64,000 nucleotides of DNA from Mobula hypostoma. Lineage: Eukaryota. The stretch is from the NCBI RefSeq assembly GCF_963921235.1, contig NC_086109.1, positions 14,200,001 to 14,264,000 on the forward strand. Reading direction: 5' to 3'. Made by a program: the position numbers and the translations under genes. Positions 39,090-52,062 of the stretch are shown one piece after another; the first letter of the stretch is position 1; each line of letters opens with the position of its first letter. Under the pieces are notes generated by a model. It saw only the letters and a program-made list of their open reading frames with translations, searched no databases and was not told where the DNA came from.

Positions 39090-39800
39090 AGACTCACATG
39101 AGGCTATTGTGATGCTAACAGTCATCCTTAGTGAGCTATAGAAGTCAGTGTCTAACTGGAGATGAAGTTCATGACTCCACAATCTCCAAGGTCTTGCAGA
39201 AAAAGGGTATTGTGGAAGAGTGGCAAGGAAGACGCCCTGGTTTTAAAAAATAAAAAAGAGCACGTCTTTGCCCGTAAAGACTTTGCAAATTGTTGCTTTG
39301 AAGATACTGGAAAGACATGGAAGGAAGTCTCTTGGACAGCTGAGAATAAAGTGGAACTTTTGGTCTCAACACCAAGTGGTATACACAGTGCAAATCTAAT
39401 ACTGCACATTAGTCAGGCAACACCAACCCCACTGTAAAATATCACACAACGAGAATGTTTTTCAGTAGCAAGAACTAGAAATCTGGTCAGTGTTCAGAAG
39501 ATGAATGCTGCTAAATACAGACAGATCCTGGATAAAAACCTGCTAGCTCTGCCAGAAAGCTTAAAATAGGGAGGAAGTCTGTCTTTCAGCAGAACAACAC
39601 CCCAAAGCACTCTGCCAGAGCAACCATATAAGTTCTTCATGCTTTACAATTTTTTTTGGGGGGGGGGGGCTCTACTGTGACTAAAGCAGCGCGATTCACA
39701 AATAAAAATACTCAGTTCAACAGATCAAAAACCCTGGTTGTAATACTCATTTAAGTGAACAAAGGGTTGGTGACTAAATACTTTTCAAATGCTTTCTGTA
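39090..39800 (+). pseudogene. Tc1 transposase remnant
   Basis: Frameshifted VHDSTISKVL, GRVARK.P, W..V.W..E.KVEL, MNAAKYRQIL and VFQQNN.PKHSA. Ends aaatacttttcaaatgctttctg|TA. Confidence 0.8.
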
Positions 39801-41129
39801 AGGAGTTTGTAAGTTCTCCCTGTGACCACGTGGGTCTCCTCCCACATTCCAAAGACGTACGGCTAGTGTTAGTGCATTGTGTGCATGCTACGTTAGCACT
39901 GGAAGCGTGGCGGCACTTGTGGGCTTGCCCAGCACAACCCCCTCTAATTTCAGCTGATGCATTTCACTATGTTTCAAATAAAGCTATTCTTACATGGGAG
40001 TTTACTTGAAAAATCATAGTTACCATTAGAAGCTTTGCAAGAGGGAAAGGGCAAGCATAACACTTGAAGCTGCAAAAATGTACTAATTTTGGACTTTTTT
40101 TTTTATAAGAACCACACACACACAAGACACGCTAGACACCATCCCACCAGCAAGGGAATCTTTTCCTCTTGTCCAACTGAGTGGAACCGAAAACAGATCA
40201 TGCAGCAAATTATAGGATCAACTCTACCAAACTCTTAGAGAAGCACACATTATCCAATCATGTCCCTTGTAATTATTTGGTGAACATTCTAATAAATATT
40301 GACAATCGAAAATAAAAATAGAAAATTCTGAAGCTATTCAGGAGGTTACGCAGAGCAGGGTTAATGTTTCAGACTGATGGCATTTCATCAGAAATAGGAA
40401 CATTTAGAATCGCTGTCCATAACATTGACTGTTTACTTCTCCTCCACAGATGCTACCTAACTTGTCGAGTTCCTCCAGCATTTTGTGTATATCGCTCAAG
40501 ATTTCTTGCATCTGCTGAATCTCATTTTTAAACATTTAAAGATACTTGTTGTCTAAACTTACAGGGAAATGGGAGGGGCAAAGAGGAGACAGCAAGTGTG
40601 ATGGGGTAGAAACCAAGAGAAGAGAAATGGCAGCTGTCTCATCTGGAAGAACAGAAGAATAAATGGACAGGAAAAAAAAATCTTGCTGGAACTATGAAGT
40701 ACAGGACAGTGGTGTCTGGGAAATGGAAATGAAAACAGAATGCTGGGAAAGCTAAATAGATCAGATGATATCTGTGCAGAGAAAAACTGAGAATTGGCCA
40801 AGGACTGAGATACAAAAGCAGCTGCTGGAATTCCAAACAAAATGAGAAAATGCTGAAAACAAGCCGCATCTGCAGAAAGAAAGAGCTAAATGCCCAGACC
40901 AATAACACACTGAAAAGCTAACTCTGCTCCCAATGCCTTCCAGCCTTCTGGAGCTCACTCCACATTCAAAGTCAAAGTAAATCATCCAAGTACATGCATG
41001 TCACCATTTTCTTGCAGGTGTTTAGAGGAAACTTTAAAAAAATACAATAGAATTTATGAAAAACTATAAAGACTTGCAAACAACCAATGACAAGATAATT
41101 ATGAAAATATAAAAAAAATACTGTGATCA

Positions 41130-42660
41130 TGAGTTGAATTGATTACTTACATCCTTCACATACACGAGTAGTAAAAATCTTTATGTTACATCTCCGTTTA
41201 AATGTGCAATTTATTATTTGTAATAAATAGTATGTGCAACAGTACAGTCAATACAACATAAAAATACAATTATATCAGCACAAGTTAATCAGTCTGATGG
41301 CCTAGCGGAAGAAGCTGACTCAGAGCCTGTTGGTCCTGGCTTTTATGGTGCAGTATCGCTCCCCAGATGGCAGCAGTGGGAAAAGTTGGGGTGACTCGGG
41401 ACCCCAATGATCCTTTGAGCATTTTTACACACCGGTCTTTGTAAATGTCCTGAATACTGGAAAGTTCACATCTACAGATGCGCTGGGCTGTCCGCATCAC
41501 TCTCTGCAAAGTCCTGTGATTGAGGGAAGTACAGTTCCCATATCAAGCACTGATGCAGCCAGTCAGGATGCTTTCAATTGTGCCCCTGTAGAAAGTTCTA
41601 CAGAGGTACTATAGGATTTGGGGGCCATATCTCTTGAACCATCTGAGGTGAAAGAAGCACTGTTGTGCCTTTTTCACCACACAGCCGGTATGTACAGACC
41701 ACGTGAGATCCTTGGTGATGTTTATGCCAAGGAATTTAAAGCTGTTCACCCTCTCAACCCCAGTTCCATTGATGTCAATATTGATGTCTCCATTCCTCCT
41801 GTAGTCCACAACCAGCTCCTTTGTTTTTGCAACACTGAGGGAGAAGTTGCTTTCTTGACACCACTGTATCAGGGTGCTGACATCTTCTCTGTAGGCTGCC
41901 CCGTTATTATTTGAGATTAGGCTAATCTATGCAGTATCGTCAACAAATTTAATTAGCAGATTAGAGCTGTGGGTGGCGACACAGTCATGGGTGTACAGAG
42001 AATAAAGGAGGGGGCTTAGTACACAGCCCTGAGAGACACCTGTGTTGAGGTTTAGAGGGGCAGAGGTCAGGGAGCTCACTCTTACTACATGCCAGCAATC
42101 TGACAGGAAGTCCAAGATCCAGCTACACAAGGCAGGGTGAAGGCTCTCTGAGCTTCTTGTCTGGATGGAATTATGGTGTTGAATGTTGAACTGTAGTCCA
42201 AGAACAGCATTTTCACATAAACATCCTTCTTCTCCAGATGTGCAAGGACAGTTTGTAGAGCTGCGGCTAATGCTTCATCTGTCAATCGGTTGTGTCGGTA
42301 GGCGAATTGTAGGGGGTCTAGTGTGGGTGGTAGCAAGCTGTAGATGCAATCTTTGACCAGCCTCTCACAGCATTTGCTTATTATTGAGGTAAGTGTGACA
42401 GGACGCCAGTCGTTCAGACATACCTTGGTCTTTTTAGGAACATGGACAGTGGCGGATGTTTTGAAGCAGGAGGGGGAGGGGGAGAGATTACACCAGCCAG
42501 TTGTGCCACTCACATCCTGAGTCCCTGCCCTGGGATGCCTCCAGTTCTTCAGCCTTATGACTGTCCACTCGTTGGACACCTGTGTACTTCAGCCTCAGAG
42601 ATGACCAAGGTGCAGGTTGGTTTGGTGGCCCTCTTCGGGGGCTCAGTGTTGGCGTAAAAA
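41130..42660 (-). mobile_element. Rex1/Babar-type LINE, same family as 6461-9169 in opposite orientation
   Basis: ORFs 42085-42579 (LNDWRPVTLTS...DPLQFAYRHNR...[13 protein letters not shown]), 41927-42130 (QGCVLSPLLYSLYTHD...KFVDD) and 41609-41809. The tail matches 9100-9170. Confidence 0.88.
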
Positions 42661-45026
42661 AGACTTAGTTCATCTGGAAGAGCGGCAGCAATGTTGGAAA
42701 CATCAGCGCGTTTAGCTTTGAAGTCTGCAATGCCACAAGCTGAAAGTGTTGTTGGTGGAGACTTGTGCAGTCATTGAAAGTGAGTCTGTCTCTTTCTAAC
42801 ATCAGCAGGGGCCTGCTTTGACAAGGTGTAATTTGCTGAATTAAATACTGAAATCCAAGTGCAAAGACAGGCCTAGACAAAATACAACAAGGTGTGTCTT
42901 GAACTTACGTGGGCATCACCGAAGTATGAGGCTGAAGATCAAAGTCAAAGTAAAATTTTAATATTAGAGTACATGTGTCACCACAAACAACCATGAAATT
43001 CATTTTCCTACAAGCATACTCAACAAGTCTATTGAATAGCAACTATAACAGGATCCATGAAAGATCAGCCAGAGTGCAGAAAACAGCAAACTGTGCAAAT
43101 GCAAATATAAATAAGTAGCAATAAATATCGAGAACATGAGATAAAGCATCCTTAAAGTGAGATCATTGGTTGTGGGAACATCTCAATGGATGGCCAAATG
43201 AGTGTAGTTATCCCATTTTGTTCAAGAGCCTGATGGTTGAGGATGAAGTGCAGACTGGGAGTGGAAGGGAAGATTAAGGTTTCAGACAACTGGGAGTTCA
43301 GATCCAACTCTGCAGACTGAAAGCTCATGCAGCCTGCATTTAGTTTTCCCAATGTAGAAGATACCCCCTAATTAATTGGCATTTGCAAGCCTGCAGGCAA
43401 TCATCCTCAGTCAGTAACAATCCACACCACTCATATGATAGATTTTTTCTTTATATTGCACATCCCTTCTCCTCCTCTGCAAGTCTAAAACATGGGGGAA
43501 AAAAAACAGGGTCCCGATAAAGGGTCTCAGCCCAAAATGTCAACCCTTTACTCCATTCCATAGATGCTGCCTGACCTGCTGAGTTTTTCCAGCATTGTAT
43601 CTATTGCTTAGGATTCCTAGCAATTGCATGAACCGTCTTTATGAAAATCTGCAGATGCTGAAATCCAAAACAACAAAACTGCCAGAAGATTTCAAACAGT
43701 CAATCTACATCCGTGGAAAGAGAAACCAAAGTTTCAGAAGAGAAAGAGAGAGAGTAAACAAGTTAGCTTAAGTGGCAGAGAAGGTGGCGGACAGCACAGG
43801 ATGGAACAAAGACGATGTCTGTGATAGGATGAAATGATGAATAGTCAATGAATGCATAGTTGAACTCCTTTGTGTAAAACATCATTGGTGTTCCAGTGTG
43901 AGTAGAAATACATAGTCTGGCCTACTGGGACATACTAAGCAGACCAGAATATTCAAATGAAAGTATTCCCACCGCTGTCCTTAAAGAGTTTGCACATTCC
44001 CCTTGTGAACACGTGGGTTTCTTTCGGTTTCCTCACACAGTCCAAGGACATACCGGTTGGTAGGTTAATTGGTCATTGTTAATTGTCCTGTGATTAGGCT
44101 GGGGGTTGCTGGGCGGCGTGACTTGAAGGGCCGGAAGGGTCTATTCCATGCTGTATCACAACAAATTAAGGGAAGAAGAACGACAAGCACAGGTGGCTGA
44201 CCCTGCCTTGCACAAACACACAATCACTCTGTGGTGCATGGACTTTACAATAGCCTCCATACCCCCTATTATTGGACAGATTGCTTGCAAATTATCAGAG
44301 ATGGCCTTACAACTTTGTATGCATGACATCCCTAATAATGCCCATGTTACTTTTGTATCAGAATTAGGTTTAATATCACAACATTTGCCATGATATTTGG
44401 TGGTTTGCAGCAGCAATACATTGCAATATATAATAAAACAATAATTATAATATATTAAATTAAATAAGCAGTGCAAAAAACAGAGCAAAAAAGAGAAAGC
44501 TATGTTCCGCTGATACCCTTAGGTGAGCCAGTACTAACTCGAAGACAAATTGTACAAATTCCTGACCAGGTTGTTCCTCAACCCTTCTGCAAACTCAGGA
44601 CCTTCTGGACTGAAATTGTGCCATTTCATTCATCCTTCACCCTCCCACTCAAATTTGCATGGGCTTGTGCTAAAAATCACAAGAAAACAGAAGTAGGCCA
44701 CTTGGTTCCTCAGGCTTTCCCTGGCATTCATTATGACCATGGTCGATCTTCTTCAAGCCTCAACTCCTCTTCTCTGTCATTTTTCCATGGTCCCAAATTC
44801 CCTCATCTTTTAAACCTTTGGTGATCTAGCCTCCACAACCACCTGCAGTAGAGAATTCCAGAGATTCACCAACACCCAAGAAGAAATTACAAGGCACTTC
44901 AATTTTAAATAACTGTTTCCTTTATTCATTTTGAAACTTGTCCCAGTGGAAAGAACTGATCATGTACTGTCACACCCCCTTAGGATCTATTTTTTCAATA
45001 AAATCACAGCATATTCTTTTAAAACA

Positions 45027-45790
45027 CAGGACTAACTGAAAGAAGAGCTAGTAAAAGATTTGAAAGTGGGAGTGGGAGGGGGAGATCCGAAATGATAGAA
45101 GACAGGAGGGGGAGGGATGGAGCCAAGAGCTGGACAGTTGATAGGCAAAAGGGATATGAGAGGATCATGGGACAGGAGGCCCAGGGAGAAAGAAAGGGGG
45201 AGGGGTGAAGCCCAGAGGATGGGCAAGGTGTATATTGAGAGGGACAGAGGGAGAAAAAGGAGAGAGAGAGAAGGAATGTGTGTATATAAATAAATAACAG
45301 ATGGAGTATGAGGGGGAAGTGGGGCATTAGCGGAACTTTGAGAAGTCAATGTTCATACCATCAGGTTGGAGGTTACCCAGACTGAATATAAGGTGTTGTT
45401 CCTCCAACCTGAGTGTGGCTTCATCTTGACAGTAGAGGAGACCGTGGATAGACATGTCAGAATGGGACATGGAATTAAAATGTGTGGCCACTGGGAGATC
45501 CTGCTTTCTCTGGCGGACAGAGCGTAGGTGTTCAGCGAAACGATCTCCCAGTCTGCGTCGGATCTCGCCAATATATAGAAGGCCACATTGGGAGCACCAG
45601 ACGCAGTACATCACCCCAGCCGACTAACAGGTGAAGTGTCGCCTCACCTGGAAGGACTGTCTGGGGCCCTGAATGGTGGTGAGGGAGGAAGTGTAACAGC
45701 ATGTGTAGCACTTGTTCTGCTCACAAGGATAAGTGCCAGGAGGGAGATCGGTGGGGACGGATAAGTGCCAGGAGGGGAAGTCCCTTCAGA
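45027..45790 (-). mobile_element. Penelope-like retroelement, GIY-YIG endonuclease region and 3' UTR
   Basis: ORF 45327-45614: YCVWCSQCGLLYIGEIRRRLGDRFAEHLRSV...VATHFN...RLEEQHLIFSLGNLQPDGMNIDF, i.e. the YIG motif with CxxC and His residues typical of PLE endonucleases. Confidence 0.9.
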
Positions 45791-46914
45791 TTTCCTCGTG
45801 TTTGTGTTATATACACCAGTTGCTTATACAACCATCCACCACCTGCTCCCATGGCTTCACATGACCTTGCTTGCTGGTGCTACATCCTGCCCAAGGGTGA
45901 CCTGCAGGCTAGCAGAGAGAAGGAGCACTTTACACCTCCTTTGGTAGGGCACATGTCCACCTCACAACTGTCACACTTGAATTTAAATGTCAATCCTCAG
46001 CAAGACAATATGCTATTTACCTTCCTAATTAGCTGCATGACAAATATTTGAGTTCATACACAAGAACACTTTGATCCTTCTGTAGAGCACCCATTTAGAA
46101 AAAAAAAGCCTTTTGATTTCTTCTACTCAAGTGCATAGCCTATATTTTCCTGTATTGAAATTCTATTACCAAGTTCTGCCTACTTTCGCAACCCACCTAG
46201 ATCCTGTTGCAGAGCCTGTATATCCCCATAGTTCACTGTTGCATCCAACCTTTGTGTTACCAGCAAACTTGGATACCTTACACTCTGCCCCCCTCCTCTA
46301 GGTCATTAATGTAGACAGTCAACAATTGAGTACCAAGGAGTGATCCTGTGGACAGACCACTAGTTACATCAGTACTACTTGAAAAATGTCTGTTTATTCC
46401 AACTGTCATTTTTGTGATAACTGGTCTTCAATCCATGTTAAAAACTGAGCTCTTACCTTGTGCACCAGCCTTTTATACAACACCTTCTGAAAATGCATAC
46501 ATATGCAGGCTCCCTTCCATCCACTCTGCTGGTCTCAGAGGATAAATATAATGTTCCTTTCACAAATCCACACTGACAGGGTTTGAGTGCATTAAGGTTC
46601 TCTAGATGATCAGTATTTCTTCCCTGACTTTGGGTTCAACAGCATAATTGTGCAATGCAGAATGCAGCCCTTCGACCCAAATAGTCTACGCCAATCAATA
46701 TGGTCCCAGTTTCCAAAATTCTTCCATTGCTTCACTTCTGCAGCTCTAGAAGCCCTACACCATCCCTTCCAAAATATCTGCATTCCATCTCAGATTAAAT
46801 TCTATGTAGGTAAAATTTCATCTGCCCAGTCACCAAGCTCTGAAACCTTTCTAAAACTTTTGAAAAAAAAGTTTTCCAAGTTAGAAGGAGACCCAATGAA
46901 AAACTGCAGTATGA

Positions 46915-47300
46915 TACTCCTGTGCCCTGCAAGAGGACCACAAGCTTGTCATTGGGTTCTGAGGCTTGTGTCGCTCAATGACCCAGAGATCTATGTTGGC
47001 TGGAGTAAGGGATTTATGATTTGGCTCTTGGTAGGGTCACCCATGCCAAAAAGGTCAAAGAATAGAGGCCAGACTAAAAGTGGTCCACCGGTTCCTTAGT
47101 TTCAGTGATTCAGCGCAGGATTAACAACCCTGACTAGTAAAACAAATTGTTACAGGACAGAAATGAACAATTCTTCTACATCTGACTGTGATGGTATTCT
47201 TGGAACCTGCATGACTGACAGTACTGACATGATGAAGAAAGCCCTGAACACAGCCAGAGATAGAGGACCTTCACTGCTGCCCTAAATGTCAGTGGCGTAA
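46915..47300 (+). mobile_element. Probable RTE (Expander/Rex3-like) bipartite non-autonomous element
   Basis: ggtagggtcacccatgccaaaaaggtc ... aacaaccctgactagtaaaac resembles an RTE 5'UTR, joined to gaggaccttcactgctgccctaaatgtc resembling an RTE 3' end. Assignment from recall. Confidence 0.45.
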
Positions 47301-49479
47301 TAGACACTCCCCTGCAAAGGACCACAGAGGTTATTTCCACTGACGGTGTCAAATTGAAATCATGCCTGCTCACTTTTCTGAACAAAAGCAAGTACTTTAG
47401 GGAAGACTCCCCTACTTTTTATAATGACCTGATGAAAATTTAAAATGTGGCCTTATTTACTATTAACTTGTTATACACAAACTTGTCCACTGTACTTCAA
47501 TCCTGCCATGCTGACTGTACCATGAAACTACTGAATTAATAGCACAACGGAAAGGAATGAAGCCACGGGAAAATCTTTCGCAAATACAGATGTTGATCTC
47601 AAAACCAAAAGACAGGTATCTGATCATTTAAAGAGGTTTTGTGCATTGAAACCAATTTGGATTTATTGGAAAAAATTCTATCTGATTAATTTGCTAGACT
47701 TGTATGCTCAGACAGCTAGCCTTATTTTGTAAAGGGCAACTCACAAAGGCATCACTACAACTAACTGAGCTGAAGCCAAGTCCACTTTGAAACTAGACCT
47801 TTTGCATTACCAACCCCATGCTTATAGAAACTGTGCACCTGTGCCCACACAGGCAAGCAAGCAAAACAATCCAGGCAGAAAGAATACAATTAAGGCTAAA
47901 AATACTACAAAGAAAAGTGAGGTCAAAAGTGAGTCTGAGAAAGCAGACATTTGCCGAAGGTCATTCACAGCAATATTGATAATAATAAGCCATTAATTAC
48001 AAAGATAAAAACCTGCACAACTCTAGACAGGCAACTGAATGACACCGACAGTTAAAGACAACTGATAAAAATCACACAGTTTTGGGAAGATCCTTTTGAA
48101 TCATGCGATCCTTGGGATGCAACCATTCCAAGAGTAGCCCTGACAAGAAACCTACATTGAGGATTATTAAGGAAAACCTCAAGACATAGGAGCAGAATTT
48201 GAGCATTTGATCCATCAGGTCTACTCCAGAAGTTATATCTGTGTGTTTTAAGCATCTGCTCTGGACATAAAGTGGCACAAAGCAGTAATCTAGGCTCATC
48301 TCTTAGAAACGATCTTCAGCATGTCATTAAAAATGATGAAGAAATAAAGCATAGAACAGACAAAGATGCAGCAATGAAGACAATATTAAATAAACAGTTG
48401 AAGTGAATTGTACAATTCTGCAGATGTATTGCACCACCTAGATACTTACCTCGTCAATAAAGGTTAGAAGAGTAAGGAAAATGTATGGGGTCTTGAAGCA
48501 ACTTTGATGAGAATTGTGTTCTTCTCTGTGGTGCCAGGTTGGTTCAAATGTTAAAAATGGCATCACTGTGGTTCAAGAAACACAAGGCAGTCTTTGTGAG
48601 CTGAGAGTTGGCAGGCATGAAGAGGGGTAGTAATGGACTGGTGGAGAAGAATGGGTGATAGGAACGGGTTGGTGGGACAAGTTTGAAGACCAGGAACAGG
48701 ATGCTGGGACAGGAGGTGGGATGCAAGTTTAAAATGAGGATTAGATGGTTCACAGAACTGAAGACCATAAAGCAGAAGGGATGGTGAGAGGGGTTAAGAG
48801 CAGAAGTGGGACTACAGTGCATGGTGTGGACAGTGAGAGAATGATGACAAGCAACCAGACTCCTGGATGCAGAACGCTAAGTGTGTGATGGCTGTAAGTG
48901 GGATAACAGAGACAGCCAGTGAAGGTTAAGATCAGGAATGGGAGCACTAATTAGGTTGTGGGTTTGAGGTTAACAGCAGAGACATCAGAGGGAGGAGTGG
49001 GCAAGGTATGGAAGTGAAGACTAAGCTGGAACAGAACAGCAGAATGCACAAGTGGGGATAAAAAACCAGGAACAGGCAATGGGCTGAGAATGTGCTTGAT
49101 GTCTACTAATGAGAAGGAATGTGTTCTGTATCTAGAATGGGGCAGCAGAGGGGTTTAGGGGCAGGAATATGTTATCCAGTTACAGGGCAGTTGGGGGGGG
49201 GGTGGAATTCAAGACAGGAACATGTTTGACATCCGAGTCTAGAACAGTAAAAGGTTAGGGACAAAAATGTGTACGAGGTCTAGGTACGGGTATGGATTGT
49301 TTCAAGATACGTATGCGTTTTAGGACAGTTCCAACGGATGGCAAGGGCAGGAATGCGGTTGATATCTAGGAATGGGGCAATAGAAGGGTGGGGAGGGGAT
49401 GCCCAAGAATTGGACAGAAGGTGGTTTAGTGGAAATGACGGGGTAGAAGTTTCACTCTCCATTCAGCCAGATCCGTCAG

Positions 49480-50185
49480 TCACCCACATTGCCCGAGGGG
49501 AAGTAGGTGCCTGACGAGTCTGTCTGGAAGGCAGAGAGAGAAGCATCTTTCCCACGACAAACGAGGCGAGATGCACCCGGAGGCCTGGGAGACCTGTCAG
49601 CAATCTGCCCGGGCTGCACCTGTACGAGGGAGGGAGGGAGTGAGCCGGGGCTCCGCTTACCTTGGTCTTCACCCGCTGGATGTCCCAGTGGGGTCTCAGC
49701 CGACCCACCAGCCGCAGGGCCCCGGGCACCACGTCGTTCTCGTCCACGTAGACGGCGAGCTTGGGCACGGCAGGGGCGCCGCTCGGGACATGCACGGCAG
49801 TCTCCATTGCGGCCGGGCTGTGCCGGCCGTCTGGGCGCTGCCTACCGCTTATGTGCGGGGAGGGAGGGGGGAGCAGGGAGGGGAGGAGAGGAGAAGGGGC
49901 GGGGGAGGGGGAGGAGGCGGCGGCGGCGGCGGCGGCAGCGCCCTCAGCTCCGCCTCCACAAGGTGGTCTAGCGTCACCGGGGCAAATCGGCGGGCCGTCA
50001 CTCGGCACCGACATGGACAGGGAAAGAACTGCTCGCCTGGCCCGCGCCCGAATCCCCTGCGTTCTCCCGGCGCGCCGCTGCTGCTGGCCCCCTACCGGCG
50101 GGAGGTCGCAGCGCCAGAGAGCCGCTCCGTCTCTCGCACTCTCACACCACTGCAACTCTTCGCAGCAGACGTCAGCCACGTTGAG
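49480..50185 (-). promoter_or_regulatory. CpG island and promoter/5' region of the ethanolamine kinase gene
   Basis: The most CpG-dense, GC-rich stretch in an otherwise CpG-poor window, and it spans exon 1. Contains a (GGC)n run at about 49915-49937, GC-box-like GGGGCGGGG, and a CTCF-like CCGGTAGGGGGC on the minus strand at 50087-50098. Confidence 0.85.
49661..49807 (-). CDS. ETNK2: Ethanolamine kinase, coding exon 1 (49 codons)
   Basis: ATG at 49807 in strong Kozak context (gcaATGg). Encodes METAVHVPSGAPAVPKLAVYVDENDVVPGALRLVGRLRPHWDIQRVKTK and ends at donor AAG|gtaagc (phase 0). VD..D..PGALRL...LRPHW....V.TK fits ETNK2 as I recall it; the first 17 residues resemble ETNK1. Lies in a CpG island. 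Confidence 0.88.
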
Positions 50186-51449
50186 TGGGCTGAACTTTGC
50201 AATGTTATATATCTCCGCATTCTGGTGCAGAGAGGTAACCTCATCAGTGATCTCACGCTTTACAATAGAAATACACCTGCTTTTTTTGTTATTTGCATAT
50301 GGAAAGGCTGAGGAGTAAGTGTGGGGATTGGAGAAAGGACTAATGTTATACAAATGTGCACGTGATTTGACATTGTGATGTGTGCCTATGGCTGGGCAAG
50401 GCGTACCTCATAATGTGGCAGCTGAGGGGCACCCCACATATTAGCCAGACAACAGGATTTGTAGTGTTGGAGTGGTTTCAAAGCCTGTAGTTTAAATTTT
50501 GACACCATTCAACTTTGAAGCGTGATTCAGGCAAAGGACTTTTGACCCACTTCACAGTGGAAGTATTTTATCATCAGCTCACCTGTGCCCAACTGGAAAT
50601 TACTACGCTTGTTGGAAAGTGTAAAATGCTGGTAAATATTCAACAGGAACTCCCATCAGTAGAAGGAGAAACAGTTGGTAGTTCAATAATACTTTAAGCA
50701 GCTGTGACAAGTTCTCAAAAGATACTTAGATTCCCCCTGCACAGATTTTGCTCAATACTTAACAGTTTTTTCAGTTTTTACTTCGGTCCGTTCACGCTCT
50801 GCTATAATCTCCTCCCACCTACTTCATTATGATGGAATAGTGGAGCAGAATCAATGGGCCGAATGGCCTAATTCTGCTCCTATGTTTTATGGTCTCATCT
50901 CACCATATCTTGTTTTCTTTCCCCTTTTAATCTACTCTTTACAAAGCTCCATACAATTAACCTCAGCTGTACGTGGCACGAAGCTCCAAAACTGCACCTC
51001 TACAGCCTATCTTTATGAATAGTTTTCAATAAATCACTCAAAATCAGTTTTATTTTTAATTTTTTAAATTATATTTAATAGATCTGGGAACTCCGTTCAT
51101 TAAAATGAGAATCTTTTAAGATGCAGCATTTCTAAAGGGGACATGCACTCAGATGTGTACCACCATTGAATCAAGGTAGAAGGAACTTTATCGGAAGCAT
51201 GGCAATTAGCGCGATGCTATTACATATCCAGGCATTGTGGAGTTCAATTCCAGCACCTCCTGTAAGAAGTTTGTACGTTCTCTCTGTGAACACGTGGGTT
51301 TCATCCAGTCGCTTCGGTTTTCTCCTTTCCAGACCAACCAGTTAGTAGGTTAATTGGTCATTATAAATTGGTCTGCAATTAGGCTAGGGTTAAATAAGTG
51401 GGCCGCTCGTCAGTGCGGCTCATTGGGCATTGCATCTCTAAACAAATAT

Positions 51450-51868
51450 AACCATATAACAATTACAGCATGGAAACAGGCCATCTCAGCCCTTCTAGTC
51501 CGTGCCGAACTCTTACTCTCACCTAGTCCCACCGACCTGCACTCAGCCCATAACCCTCCATTCCTTTCCTGTCCATGTAGCTGTCCAATTTAACTTTAAA
51601 CGATAACATCGAGCCTGCCTCAACCACTTCTGCTGGGAGCTCGTTCCACGCAGCTACCACTCTCTGAGTAAAGAAGTTCACCCTCATGTTACCCCTAAAC
51701 TTTTGCCCTTTAACTCTCAGCTTATGTCCTCTTGTTTGAATCTCCCCTACTCTCAATGGAAAAAGCCTATCCATGTCAACTCTATCTATCCTCCTCATAA
51801 TTTTAAATACCTCTATCAAATCCCCCTTCAACCTTCTACGTTCCAAAGAATAAAGACCCAACTTGTTC
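51450..51868 (-). mobile_element. Young CR1 LINE 3' end
   Basis: ORF 51523-51870 (LGLYSLERRRLKGDLIEVFKIM...FFTQRVVAAWNELP...LDSYM) without stops, plus 3' UTR and tail. Confidence 0.9.
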
Positions 51869-52062
51869 AAATAAATTAAATAAACCCCTACTAATTTAAC
51901 TCAGCCCATCACACCTGAAAGAACACATCACTGTACAAAAGGAAGGAAATCTATGTAGCTGACTGTATCTGAAGTGTATTTTGGAGAAATTATTTGAGTT
52001 CATGTCAGTACAGAACAAGCCAAGTTTTATTGCTTTTAAAGGAACAATTAGTGTACTTTCCA

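Noticed and set aside
49507..50318. Long plus-strand ORFs (154, 246 and 185 aa) over the CpG island as an antisense gene
   Set aside because: Low-complexity Gly/Arg/Ala translations are expected in stop-poor GC-rich DNA, and no domain is recognisable.
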